Source: an uncultured Chthonomonadaceae bacterium
GTDB taxonomy: Bacteria > Armatimonadota > Chthonomonadetes > Chthonomonadales > Chthonomonadaceae
DNA: 64,000 nucleotides
Direction of reading: 5' to 3'
Assembly: GCA_963835065.1 (NCBI GenBank)
Contig: CAWIEK010000053.1
Span: 288,001-352,000, forward strand
Part shown: piece after piece, positions 30,519-40,066 of the stretch
Layout of the letters: every line of letters starts with the position of its first letter
Numbering within the stretch: position 1 is the first letter of the stretch
Position numbers and translations under genes: made by a program
The notes under the pieces: generated by a model
Seen by the model: only the letters and a program-made list of their open reading frames with translations
What the model was told of the DNA's origin: nothing
The model's database searches: none

Positions 30519-30790
30519 GTCGTTATCCTTGTTCTGCGGAAGCCGAACCGGTACGCAGTAGCATGTCCTGCCCGCATCAGCCACAATTGCGCATCAGGAT
30601 TGCGCAGCAAGAGACGTTCTCCTGCCGTATAATCGTCCTCATCCACCTCGTAATCGCCGGTTTCAATGTCAATGGCGACAAATTTGCCGTTGTGCTGCGG
30701 TTCGACGTGGGCGCGGATGTTGTTATAGTAGAGCGCTTCCCCGCGTTGCGCGAACTCTTCTTTGCTGTAACGTGGTTCTCGTGCCTGCAT
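30515..30790 (-). CDS. Small partner protein of the aspartic protease (DUF5678-like)
   Basis: GKFVAIDIETGDYEVD motif; 4-nt overlap with the protease gene. Confidence 0.75.
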   Translation of the reverse strand: MQAREPRYSKEEFAQRGEALYYNNIRAHVEPQHNGKFVAIDIETGDYEVDEDDYTAGERLLLRNPDAQLWLMRAGHATAYRFGFRRTRITT

Positions 30791-30904
30791 GGTTTGGCTC
30801 CTTTTTCAAGGCAGAAGGCTTGCGCGGCGGAAAGTGTCTGCGGCTGGCTGTTCGGCAGGAACAAACAGTCGGGTACACCCTGCGGCTTGTCTAATGCCTG
30901 ATGC

Positions 30905-32065
30905 CTAATGCCCGGCGTGGTTCAGCAGGGGCGAACCGAGGGGAACACCCTGCGGCAAAAGTTGGTACTGCGTGGTGCGGCGCATGGGCGCGTACCCGGC
31001 TTCGCGGATAAGGCGCTCCATTTCCTCAATCGGCATCGTGAACGCGCAGCCCGCAGACGACACGACGTTTTCTTCCATCATGGTGCTGCCGAAATCGTTC
31101 AGGCCGTAGCCGAGGGCAATCTGCGCCACTTTTGGCCCCTGCGTCACCCAACTGGCCTGCATGTGGGGAATGTTGTCCAGCATCAGGCGAGCAACGGCGA
31201 CCGTGCGCAGATAATCGAAAGCGGACGCCCGCTCGATGCTCAGTTCGGTTCCGTCCGGCTGAAACGACCAGGGGATGAACGCGGTAAACCCGCCCGTCTC
31301 GTCCTGCAATTCACGCGAACGGACGAGATGCTCGATTCGGTCTTCGGATGTGTCCACGCTGCCATACATCATGGTCACGGTTGTCTTCAAGCCCGCTTTG
31401 TGCGCTTCCCGCATACAATTGAGCCACGCATCCGCGGTGTCTTTGTAGGGCGAAATTTCCTGACGGACGCGATCTGTCAGGATTTCCGCGCCGCCGCCGG
31501 GTACGCTGTCCAGTCCCGCCGCTTTCAGGCGCGCGAACATTTCCGACTGCGACAATTTGCTGATGTTGGCGATATAAATCAGTTCCGCCGGGGAAAACGC
31601 ATGGAGAATCACGCCATACTGCCCGAATTTGGCCTTGATGCTGTGCAGCAAATCCTCGTACCATTCGATTTTCAGTTTGGGGTTGAGGCCGCCCTGCATC
31701 AGAATCTCAATGCCGCCCACATCCACCATCTGCTGAACTTTGTCGAAAATCTGTTCTTTGGAAAGCGTGTAGCCTTCCGCATGGCCCGGTACGCGGTAGA
31801 ACGCGCAGAACTTGCAGCGCACCCAGCAGACATTGGTGTAGTTGACGTTGCGCCCGACCACATACGTTACCAGGTGGTTGGTATCGGGATGCAGGCGTTC
31901 GCGGACATGGTTGGCGAGAAAGCCGAGTTCGGGCAAATCGTGGTGCGCGAACAGGCGCAGGCCATCCTCTGCCGTCAAGCGTTCCCCGGCAAAAACTTTG
32001 TCGGCAATGTCGTCAATGCTCCGCGTCCGTACACCCGTCGTCAACTCGCGTTCTAAAATTGCCAT
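30905..32065 (-). CDS. mqnC: Cyclic dehypoxanthinyl futalosine synthase (radical SAM)
   Basis: RNVNYTNVCWVRCKFCAF, PGGGAEIL, QASWVTQG, MMEENVV. Confidence 0.9.
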   Translation of the reverse strand: MAILERELTTGVRTRSIDDIADKVFAGERLTAEDGLRLFAHHDLPELGFLANHVRERLHPDTNHLVTYVVGRNVNYTNVCWVRCKFCAFYRVPGHAEGYTLSKEQIFDKVQQMVDVGGIEILMQGGLNPKLKIEWYEDLLHSIKAKFGQYGVILHAFSPAELIYIANISKLSQSEMFARLKAAGLDSVPGGGAEILTDRVRQEISPYKDTADAWLNCMREAHKAGLKTTVTMMYGSVDTSEDRIEHLVRSRELQDETGGFTAFIPWSFQPDGTELSIERASAFDYLRTVAVARLMLDNIPHMQASWVTQGPKVAQIALGYGLNDFGSTMMEENVVSSAGCAFTMPIEEMERLIREAGYAPMRRTTQYQLLPQGVPLGSPLLNHAGH

Positions 32066-32352
32066 GATCGTTCTCCTGCTCGATTCTACGTTCCGCCCGC
32101 AGCTCTTGTTGCTGCCTGAATCTGATTATACCTCAGTATGTGATTTATTTCACGAATAGAAAATTTCGCGCAATGCGTCCTGCCGCGCGTTTCGCTTTAC
32201 CGCCAACTTAGAGCCTCTCCTGACAGGCGTGGTATTTGCGTCTGAAAGACGCTTGACCTTTCCTGCCGGGGATTGCAAAGCCCCGGCCTATTGGAGAGGC
32301 GTTTACAGCAAACCTGCAAGGAATCCAGCCGCCAGATGGCGAACAAATTCCT

Positions 32353-34467
32353 ATGTCCACGCCAAACCCTGACACAACACTTTCTGACTCAATACTTCCT
32401 GACACAACGCCGGAACTTATGCCCGGTATCACCATTGACCCGCCCGGCGCGCATGACCTGGATGACGCCCTTTGGCTGCATGAGGATACGCTGACCATAT
32501 ACATTCCCGATATGAGCATCATTCCTCCGGGCGATCCCATTGAAATTCGCGCGGCAGAACGGGGCTTTACCCGCTATTTTGCGACAAGCAGCGCGCCCAT
32601 GCTTCCCCGCGATTTGGCGGAAAACCGGTTAAGCCTGCTGCCGGAGCGAACCCGGAGCGCGATTGCCCTGCATCTCACGCTGGATACGAATTATGACGTG
32701 ACGAACATACAGGTGGAACGGGGCTTGCTGCGCAGTCAGGCGCAATTGGCGTATGCCGACGTTCCCGCCATTTTGTCCTACGACAATCATACGCTTGTCG
32801 CGCTGCGCCCCATGCTGGCGCGCATGACGGAAATCGGGATAGAACTGCTGCGCAAGCGCCGGGAACGGGGCGAACTGGCGTTTTATGATTTGAAGCAGGC
32901 GCTGGCAACGAGTGAAGACGGCAAGGTGCGCGCGCTTAAACCACATGAGGCGAACATGGGCTATGTGCTGGTGCAGGAAATGATGCTGCTGGCGAACCGG
33001 ACATTTGCGGAGTGGATGCTTGCCGCGGATATTCCCGCCCTGTACCGCAATCACCGCGCCGCTTTAGCCGCGCCGCCCCGCGATGCGCTGCTGACGGACA
33101 TTTCGCAGATGTTCGCGCACCCGCAAGTGTTCGACACGCAGATGGCGCGACAGCGGCTGCAGCTGCTGATGGGACGAGCGCGCTACAGCCCGGTTGTGGA
33201 AGGGCATTACGCGCTGAACCTGCCCTGCTACACCCACGTCACCAGCCCTCTGCGCCGCTACGCCGATCTTGTCAACAACCGGGTCATCAACGAACTGATT
33301 ACCGCCCGCCAGGAAAACCGCGCCCCTGTTCCTCCCTACAGCATGGGGGAACTGGCCGTTGTGGGCGACCACCTTCATGCCCTGATTATGGAGCAGGAGA
33401 AATCGCGGCACGAGCATTTCAAGGCAAAAGCCGAGCAAACTGCCCGCGCCCATATCGAAACCGCGCCAAAAAAGATAGCCGCCCTGTCGGGAGCCGAGTT
33501 CGAGCGCATTATCAAGGTAAGCGCGCAGGAAGAAACGCCTTCCCAGGCGGCGCTGGAAAGCGCGCGCCTGCGCATGAAGCGGCAGTCCATTCGGGAACGA
33601 GAACTGTTTTTGATTTTGTTCGAGACGCCCGCCGACAACGAAGATTGGCAGAAATTGCGGCTGGACGCGCTGAAGTTTTTGACAACGCACCCCTATCATG
33701 CCGTGTCGCTGCTGACGATGGGCATAGACCTGCTGAGTTGGCCGGAAACCGAGTACCAGTTCGGAATGGAGCAACTCCTGCTGACGTGCCGGGCGCTGCG
33801 GCAGGGACCGGATGGCAGCCTGGAAACAGAACTTTTTCGCGCCAAGAACAAAAAGTCCGCGCAGCAGGCGGCGGCCTTAGCGATTTGTCATTTGCTGTGC
33901 GGTGTCGCGCCGCCCGTTCCACTCCCCGCGCCCGCGCCCACTCCGCCCGTAAAAAGTAAATTGCCGCTAAAGACATCAGCAACGGCAACAACCCAATCGG
34001 GCGCAGAAACACAATCCGCCGCAGAATCTCCTCCTGCAAATACAAGCGTCGCAGAAGCAGCGACAGTGACCGCATCCTCGGCAAGCCCCGCAAGCGCGGA
34101 TGCATCAACGCCATCCACAAGCGCCGATATGGATTGGGAATGGATAGAAGCGCCTGTGAAAGCGGGCAACTGGGTTTACGCGCTCAGTGAAGCCTGCCTG
34201 CGCGCCAAACAGCGTAAGCCGGCGTTCCAATTCTCAGCAAACAAGCAAAAAGGCGTGCAGAATGTTCCCCAATGGAATTGCAGCGCGCAACTCGTCTGGA
34301 AGGGCGCCACCTATAGCGCCAGAGCCTCCGCCGCCACCAAGCAAGTCGCCAAACGGCGAGTTTCCCGCCAACTGCTTTCGGCCATCTGCCCTGTACAGAT
34401 AGCAGAACTGATTTCAAACACGGAAGCCACCGCAGCCGTTCTAGACGAAGAAGAAGACGAGGAATAA
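32353..34467 (+). CDS. RNB (RNase II-family) exoribonuclease with two C-terminal dsRBD-like domains
   Basis: TIDPPGAHDLDDA, EMMLLAN, THVTSPLRRYADL; no room for CSDs at the N-terminus; KKSAQQAAA and TKQVAKRRVS dsRBD-like helices. Confidence 0.85.
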   Translation: MSTPNPDTTLSDSILPDTTPELMPGITIDPPGAHDLDDALWLHEDTLTIYIPDMSIIPPGDPIEIRAAERGFTRYFATSSAPMLPRDLAENRLSLLPERTRSAIALHLTLDTNYDVTNIQVERGLLRSQAQLAYADVPAILSYDNHTLVALRPMLARMTEIGIELLRKRRERGELAFYDLKQALATSEDGKVRALKPHEANMGYVLVQEMMLLANRTFAEWMLAADIPALYRNHRAALAAPPRDALLTDISQMFAHPQVFDTQMARQRLQLLMGRARYSPVVEGHYALNLPCYTHVTSPLRRYADLVNNRVINELITARQENRAPVPPYSMGELAVVGDHLHALIMEQEKSRHEHFKAKAEQTARAHIETAPKKIAALSGAEFERIIKVSAQEETPSQAALESARLRMKRQSIRERELFLILFETPADNEDWQKLRLDALKFLTTHPYHAVSLLTMGIDLLSWPETEYQFGMEQLLLTCRALRQGPDGSLETELFRAKNKKSAQQAAALAICHLLCGVAPPVPLPAPAPTPPVKSKLPLKTSATATTQSGAETQSAAESPPANTSVAEAATVTASSASPASADASTPSTSADMDWEWIEAPVKAGNWVYALSEACLRAKQRKPAFQFSANKQKGVQNVPQWNCSAQLVWKGATYSARASAATKQVAKRRVSRQLLSAICPVQIAELISNTEATAAVLDEEEDEE

Positions 34468-34484
34468 TTCAACGTTCGTGCTGT

Positions 34485-34607
34485 TGCCGGGTATTGAAAA
34501 TACCCGGCAGGACAAAACAAGCGTCTTACAGACGCGGGAATCTTGATGTAGAGAATCGCGTCCGCAGGACGCTTGCACTTTCCTGCCGGGTATTTTCAAT
34601 ACCCGGC
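34485..34607. repeat. REP/REPIN-like composite palindromic element
   Basis: Two inverted units of GCCGGGTATT(G/T)..AATACCCGGC and AAGCGTC..GACGCG; second copy at 46099-46220. Confidence 0.8.
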
Positions 34608-34670
34608 GCTCCGCAGGCCATTCAGACGGTGGTTTTCAACCACTGGCTTTTGGTCCCGTTTCCTCGTAGT

Positions 34671-35965
34671 TTATTTATGCCGCAGGCTGTGGGCGGCGAT
34701 GTCGCGGCGGTAGTGGATGCCGTCGAAATGGAGACAGCCTAATCCGGCGTAAGCGCGATTGGCGGCGGTCTGCACATCCTCCCCTACCCCCGTGACGCTC
34801 AACACGCGCCCGCCATCCGTTACCACGTCATGGTGCTGCCGTTTTGTGCCCGCGTGGAAGACGAGACAGCCTTCGCTTTCCGCCGCCTGTTCCAAGCCCG
34901 TAATGGGCTTGCCCGTGTCGAAATTGCCGGGATAGCCGCCCGATGCCGCCACCACGCACACGGACGCGCTTGCGCCGCCATTGCGCCGCGGTGTTCGTTC
35001 AGGCTGCAATCGGCCACGCCCATCAGGAGCGGAACCAGATCGCTGTCGAGCAGGGGCAGCACGGCCTGCGTTTCCGGGTCGCCAAGCCGACAGTTAAATT
35101 CGATGGTTTTCAAACCCTCGGACGTGACCATGATGCCCGCGTACAACACGCCCCGATACGGAATGCCCAACTCGCCGATTGCTTTGATGGCGGGACGTAA
35201 AATCTGCTCTATTGCCACTTCCACCACATCCGGCGGCAGAATGGGAACGGGACTGTACGCGCCCATGCCGCCCGTGTTCGGTCCCAAGCCGCCGTCAAAA
35301 GCGCGTTTGTGATCCTGCGAGGGAACCAGGGGAATCAGGGCGTCGCCATCCGTCAAGGCCATAATGGACGCTTCCTCGCCGACAAGACACTCCTCAATCA
35401 CCACTTTGTCCCCAGCCGCGCCAAATACGCGGTCCGCCATGATGTGTTCCACGCCCGCGTAGGCTTCCCCCGCGTCTTTAGCGACCACAACCCCCTTGCC
35501 TGCCGCCAAACCATCCGCTTTGATGACAATGCGCGTTTCGGGCGGATGCTGCCGGTAAAAATCATCCAGACAGGTTCGCGCTTCGGCCAGAGACGCGCAT
35601 ACCCAGAACGGCGCAGTGGGAATGTCGGCGGCCTGCATCAATTGCTTGGCGAAAATCTTGCTGCCTTCCAGCCGCGCCGGCCCGCTTGCCGGCCCGACAA
35701 CCGGCAGTCCCGCCGCCTCGAACCGATCTACCAACCCCGCCATAAGCGGCGCTTCCGGCCCGACAACCGTTAGATCCATCCGGTTCTCAGTTGCAAAGCG
35801 CGTCAAGCCGTTCACATCGCTCACGCTCAGGGGAACGCACTCCGCCAGTTGCGCGATCCCGGCATTGCCCGGCGCGCAGTAAATTTTCGTCACAGAGGGG
35901 CTTTGCGCGATCTTCCACGCCAGCGCATGTTCCCGCCCGCCCCCGCCAACAATCAGTACGCGCAT
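34671..35965 (-). CDS. purD: Phosphoribosylamine-glycine ligase; frameshifted at about 34965-35000
   Basis: GGGGREHA, KADGLAAGKGV, QDHKR, NTGGMG, EFNCRLGDPE; the C-terminal GYPG..FHAGT..GGRV..YRRDI is in another frame. Confidence 0.95.
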
Positions 35966-35967
35966 GG

Positions 35968-38900
35968 TTATTCCTCCAAATCCCCCGGCGCGCGGTCGGT
36001 CATATTTTCAAAGCGCGTGTACTGCGGCATGAACCCGACGAACACTTTGCCGGTCGGCCCGCTGCGGTGCTTGGCGAGTATCAGTTCCGTTTCCTCAATT
36101 TTTTCCGAATCCCGATTGCCCTGCTGATCCTCCGCGCCCTCTTCTTTCGCCTTGTAATAGGCATCGCGATAGATAAACATCACGATGTCGGCTTCAGCTT
36201 CTATCGAGCCGCTGTTATGCGCAACAATGCCGTTCGCCAGAAAATTAGCGCAGTCTACTTTGATGTCGAACGTTTCCTGCTCACCTGTGGCTTCAATGCT
36301 GCTAATGCCTTCCCAAAGCAGATCACTGCCTATCAACTCTTTCAGGGCAGACTCTGAATTTGCGGCGGGAGGATAGATAGCAGTGGCAATTACATCCCCC
36401 GTCTTTAGCTCGTCCAGCCGCTTCCAGCCGTTTGCGGTCAGGAATGGATGATTAGCCGAGGCTGTTACCTGCCGCCCTGTGCGCGTCGTTAGCGTCCATA
36501 CCGGCTTAACTCCGGTTGACCAAACATCCTGCACCTGATACTTGCCGATTTTCTGATCGCGTCCCATGCCTAGAATGGTACTGCCGGGCTGAACATCCCG
36601 AATAGCTACCTGCCGTCCCGTATGCGCGTCCGTCAGGCGCGTGTCGCCAACGACGCACTCGCGCAAGTCCGATAGCATAGGGCGTTTATCCGGCCTTGAT
36701 TCCACTGCGCGGGACAATTGGGAGAGGGCAATCACCGGGACGCGCAATTCACGCGCTAGTTGCTTGCAGGCGCGGGCGATTTCGGAGATTTCCTGCGTTC
36801 GGTTGTCCGTTTTTTTATGGGAGCGCATGAGCTGCAAATAGTCAATGACAATCAGCCCTAACCCCTGTTCGGCTTTCAGGCGGCGGCACTTGGCGCGCAT
36901 TTCCATTGCGGAAATATCGGGCGAATCGTCAATGTAGATCGGCGCTTCCGACAGGCGGTTGATGCCTTCTCCCACACGCTGCCAGTCATCGCCTTGCAGG
37001 TTGCCGTTGCGTAATCTGTTGGAATCTACTTTCGATTCGGAGCAGATCATACGGGTGACAAGCTGCTCTTTCGACATTTCTAGACTGAAAATCGCCACCG
37101 GCACATTCTCAGTCATTGCTATAAATTGCGCCATTTGAACAGTTAAACTTGTATTATGAACGCAAACATCCTGCGCAATGAAGTTCGCGCCGTCAGGAAC
37201 GGTCAGATCGTATACTTGATGTGAACCAATAGCTTCAATGCTGACGATTTCATCCCAATACAAATCTGCGCTTGCAATCTGACGCAGGCGCGGCGATTGC
37301 AGCACTTCAGCATACTTCGCAAGCCGTATGCGAGGCAGGGAACGATTGGTATGCGGATTGTAGCCATCCTTGCCTGCGCCCTTTTCGCTACAACGTCGCG
37401 CCAGTTCGCTTAGAGAAAGCCCGGCCTTTGCCGATTCCGCGCGTACAAGGTTCCACACTGCCTGCGGCGGATGCCCCACAATACTACGGCGCATGTCGCT
37501 TGTTTCCATACCGGTTTCCGCAAGCGGGCTTGCCACGCGGAAGACGCGAGTTGCCTTCTCGCCAAACCAGCCGATTTCCTGCTGATAAGTGGCGACGGAT
37601 TGCGGCTCGGTGATTTCGACGCGCCAGCAGCGCTCGCTTTTACGCCACAACTTGCTGACAATGCCAAAGCGCGTCAGGGCATGGTGTACATCTCCCGCCA
37701 ACAGTTCGGACGCAACCGCAAACTCAATGCGGCCATAGCCTGCCATGCCGTAAATCGTGCCGTCGCAACTGAACAAAATGCGCAGGAACTCGGCCAGCCG
37801 TTCCCGCTTCCAACTCCACACGCAAGCCGGGAAACGCTTCGCGTCCGCTTTTTTGCCCATCAACTTCAAATCGCGCAGCCAAACGGTAATGGGATTGGGG
37901 CGGTTGGAACGCTGCTGTTGGACAACGGCGTAGTCAATGCCGTACTGTTTGATGACACATTCTGGAAAATGCCGCGCAATCAGCGCCTTGAAGTCGGCAA
38001 CTATTATGGGGTCAACATTCGTGAAGCGCGGCGACGTGCCGGACAAGCCGCCTTCAGCGAGGAAATAAGCCATCAATCGAGCCAGGCCCGGCGCGTAATC
38101 TTCCTGCCCGAAGCAGGGTACGGAACGTGGTACGCCGATCTTATCGCCCACTTCCAGACAATGCAAAGGCGTCCAGCCCTGTACGGTGAGGAACGGATGA
38201 TGCCCGGTTACATCTACGCTGCGCCCCGTCCGCGTTCGTACCCGAAAGCAAGGCTGTATGCCGCTGTCAATCCAATCCGAAACTGCCGTAACGCGGACCT
38301 CGCCCCGCTCCGACACGCCGAACACGACAGGCAATTTCTCCCGGATGCACTGCTCCAATGTTTGCCGCTCGCCGGTTAAGGGATTATCCATCAGAGTATA
38401 AGCCGGCAGGCACTTGCCCATACCTGGTCGGGCAGCAATAATAATCAAATCGGAAGGATTCAGGCCGTTGGTTTTCCAGTTCAGGTCGTCGAAGGGGGTC
38501 ATGCGCCCGTTGCCGGTGCCTTTGTTCTCATAGCGCTTTTCGATCCGGTCCAATTCTTCGTGGAGCAGGGGTCGAATGTGGTAAAAAAACTGCCCCATGC
38601 GCCGCTGCCCGATTTCAAACACCAGTCTTTCCGCGCGATCTACAACTTCATCTACCTCATTGAATTCGGAGTACGCCAACCCTTGTATTTGCGTACCAAC
38701 GTCCATCAGCTTGCGCAGGATAGACTTTTCCTCTACCATCTTCGCGTAATACTCGATGTTGGCGGCAGTTGCGGGGGCTTCCATCAGGTTTTGCAGATAA
38801 AACCGCCCGCCCGCGATTTCCCCCAGGTCGCGCCCGTTGAGTTCATCCATCACGGTCAGGATGTCTACAGGTTCGTCGCGCTCGGCAAGAGCAAGCATCG

Positions 38901-39069
38901 CCTCGAAAATGAAGCGGTGCGCGTCCCGGTAAAAATCATCGGGCTTGAGCAGTTCCGCCGCTTTTTCTACAGCGGGGCGTTCGATCAGCATGGAACCCAA
39001 TACGGCTTGTTCGGCTTCCAGACTTTGGGGAGGAACGCGGTCAAAAGGCGACATTCGATCCAGCGCCAA
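35968..39069 (-). CDS. dnaB: Replicative DNA helicase with two inteins
   Basis: PPQSLEAEQAVLG, AARPGMGK|T, SLEM, IDYLQL, LSQLSR, DLRE|SG; TTG start after AAGGAGG. Confidence 0.97.
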   Translation of the reverse strand: MALDRMSPFDRVPPQSLEAEQAVLGSMLIERPAVEKAAELLKPDDFYRDAHRFIFEAMLALAERDEPVDILTVMDELNGRDLGEIAGGRFYLQNLMEAPATAANIEYYAKMVEEKSILRKLMDVGTQIQGLAYSEFNEVDEVVDRAERLVFEIGQRRMGQFFYHIRPLLHEELDRIEKRYENKGTGNGRMTPFDDLNWKTNGLNPSDLIIIAARPGMGKCLPAYTLMDNPLTGERQTLEQCIREKLPVVFGVSERGEVRVTAVSDWIDSGIQPCFRVRTRTGRSVDVTGHHPFLTVQGWTPLHCLEVGDKIGVPRSVPCFGQEDYAPGLARLMAYFLAEGGLSGTSPRFTNVDPIIVADFKALIARHFPECVIKQYGIDYAVVQQQRSNRPNPITVWLRDLKLMGKKADAKRFPACVWSWKRERLAEFLRILFSCDGTIYGMAGYGRIEFAVASELLAGDVHHALTRFGIVSKLWRKSERCWRVEITEPQSVATYQQEIGWFGEKATRVFRVASPLAETGMETSDMRRSIVGHPPQAVWNLVRAESAKAGLSLSELARRCSEKGAGKDGYNPHTNRSLPRIRLAKYAEVLQSPRLRQIASADLYWDEIVSIEAIGSHQVYDLTVPDGANFIAQDVCVHNTSLTVQMAQFIAMTENVPVAIFSLEMSKEQLVTRMICSESKVDSNRLRNGNLQGDDWQRVGEGINRLSEAPIYIDDSPDISAMEMRAKCRRLKAEQGLGLIVIDYLQLMRSHKKTDNRTQEISEIARACKQLARELRVPVIALSQLSRAVESRPDKRPMLSDLRECVVGDTRLTDAHTGRQVAIRDVQPGSTILGMGRDQKIGKYQVQDVWSTGVKPVWTLTTRTGRQVTASANHPFLTANGWKRLDELKTGDVIATAIYPPAANSESALKELIGSDLLWEGISSIEATGEQETFDIKVDCANFLANGIVAHNSGSIEAEADIVMFIYRDAYYKAKEEGAEDQQGNRDSEKIEETELILAKHRSGPTGKVFVGFMPQYTRFENMTDRAPGDLEE
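36214..36657 (-). mobile_element. Mini-intein (148 aa) in DnaB
   Basis: CVVGD...SANHPF...NFLANGIVAHN followed by Ser; no endonuclease domain. Confidence 0.92.
37153..38412 (-). mobile_element. Intein (420 aa) with LAGLIDADG homing endonuclease, inserted in the DnaB P-loop
   Basis: CLPAY...TGHHPF...VYDLTV..NFIAQDVCVHN followed by Thr; LMAYFLAEG and FLRILFSCDG blocks. Confidence 0.94.
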
Positions 39070-39087
39070 GACGGCCTCCTTAATGGG

Positions 39088-39348
39088 CAAGGATGAAGGA
39101 TGAAGGATGAAGGATGAAAATACCGGTATTCAGGTATTCAGGTATTCAGGTATTCGGTGTTCGGTGTTTGGGCAGGCAGCCGGGTTAGTACAGCAGTTAT
39201 TCAGCACAGCAATTGTCGGGAAACAAAGAACATTGCGACAAAACAAAATGAAGTGAAAAGTTGGGAGAAGGAACCCGCAACGCTTGCGACAGGCAGCCAT
39301 TGCGGGCGCGAGGAAAATTCATCCTTCATCCTTCATCCTTCATCCTTG
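39088..39348. repeat. Inverted heptamer element (AGGATGA)n...(TCATCCT)n enclosing a (CAGGTATT)n arm
   Basis: Direct reading; supplies the rplI stop codon. Confidence 0.85.
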
Positions 39349-39933
39349 TTCTTCGTCTTCCGTTGAGTCGGCAACCGGGGCAGGCGCGGGCGCGGCGGCG
39401 GCTTCGGCGGCCAGGCGGGCGGCTTCATCCTTGGCGGCTTTTTCTTCGGCTGCGACGCGGGCTTTTTCGCGGGCGTCGAGTTGTTCCTGCGTTACAATGT
39501 CAATGGTGAAGGGAACGATCACATCGGGGTGCAGTTTGGCGGTAAGTTCATACGCGCCGGTCAGTTTGATGGGGTCAATCAGGCTGATTTTGCGCTTGTC
39601 CACCGTGATGCCGGTTGCGGCTTGCAGAGCCTCGGCAACATCGGCTTCCGTCACGGCTCCGAACAGGCGATTGGAGCGCGGGCTGGCCTTGCCCATGATT
39701 TGCAGTTGAACGCCGTTGATCTTTTCGGCGTTGGCCTGGGCGTCCGTTAGTTGCTGGGCGCTTTTGGCGGTTTCGCGGGCCATGCGCGTAGCATGAAGCT
39801 TGGTTACGTCTTTGGTGGCAACCAGCGCCAGTTGACGCGGAAACAGATAATTACGGGCATAGCCGTTGGCGACAACGACGATCTCGCCGTCTTTGCCGAC
39901 TTTCGGCACGTCGCGGGTTAGAATGACTTTCAT
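39340..39933 (-). CDS. rplI: 50S ribosomal protein L9 with Ala/Glu-rich C-terminal extension
   Basis: MKVIL, GYARNYLFP, LFGAVT, IKLTG, KLHPDV. Confidence 0.96.
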   Translation of the reverse strand: MKVILTRDVPKVGKDGEIVVVANGYARNYLFPRQLALVATKDVTKLHATRMARETAKSAQQLTDAQANAEKINGVQLQIMGKASPRSNRLFGAVTEADVAEALQAATGITVDKRKISLIDPIKLTGAYELTAKLHPDVIVPFTIDIVTQEQLDAREKARVAAEEKAAKDEAARLAAEAAAAPAPAPVADSTEDEEQG

Positions 39934-39941
39934 GACAAATC

Positions 39942-40066
39942 CTTTGGGTATTCAGGTGTTCAGGTGTTTGGTGTTCAGGTGTTCGGATGATGCTTTGCCG
40001 CAAGAGTAAACCTGTGTACTCTCGTATTTCCCGAATACCTGAATACCGAACACCTGAACACCAAAG
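39942..40066. repeat. Inverted repeat element (CAGGTGTT)n...(AACACCTG)n with conserved core
   Basis: Core similar to that of 53669-53800 in reverse orientation. Confidence 0.85.
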
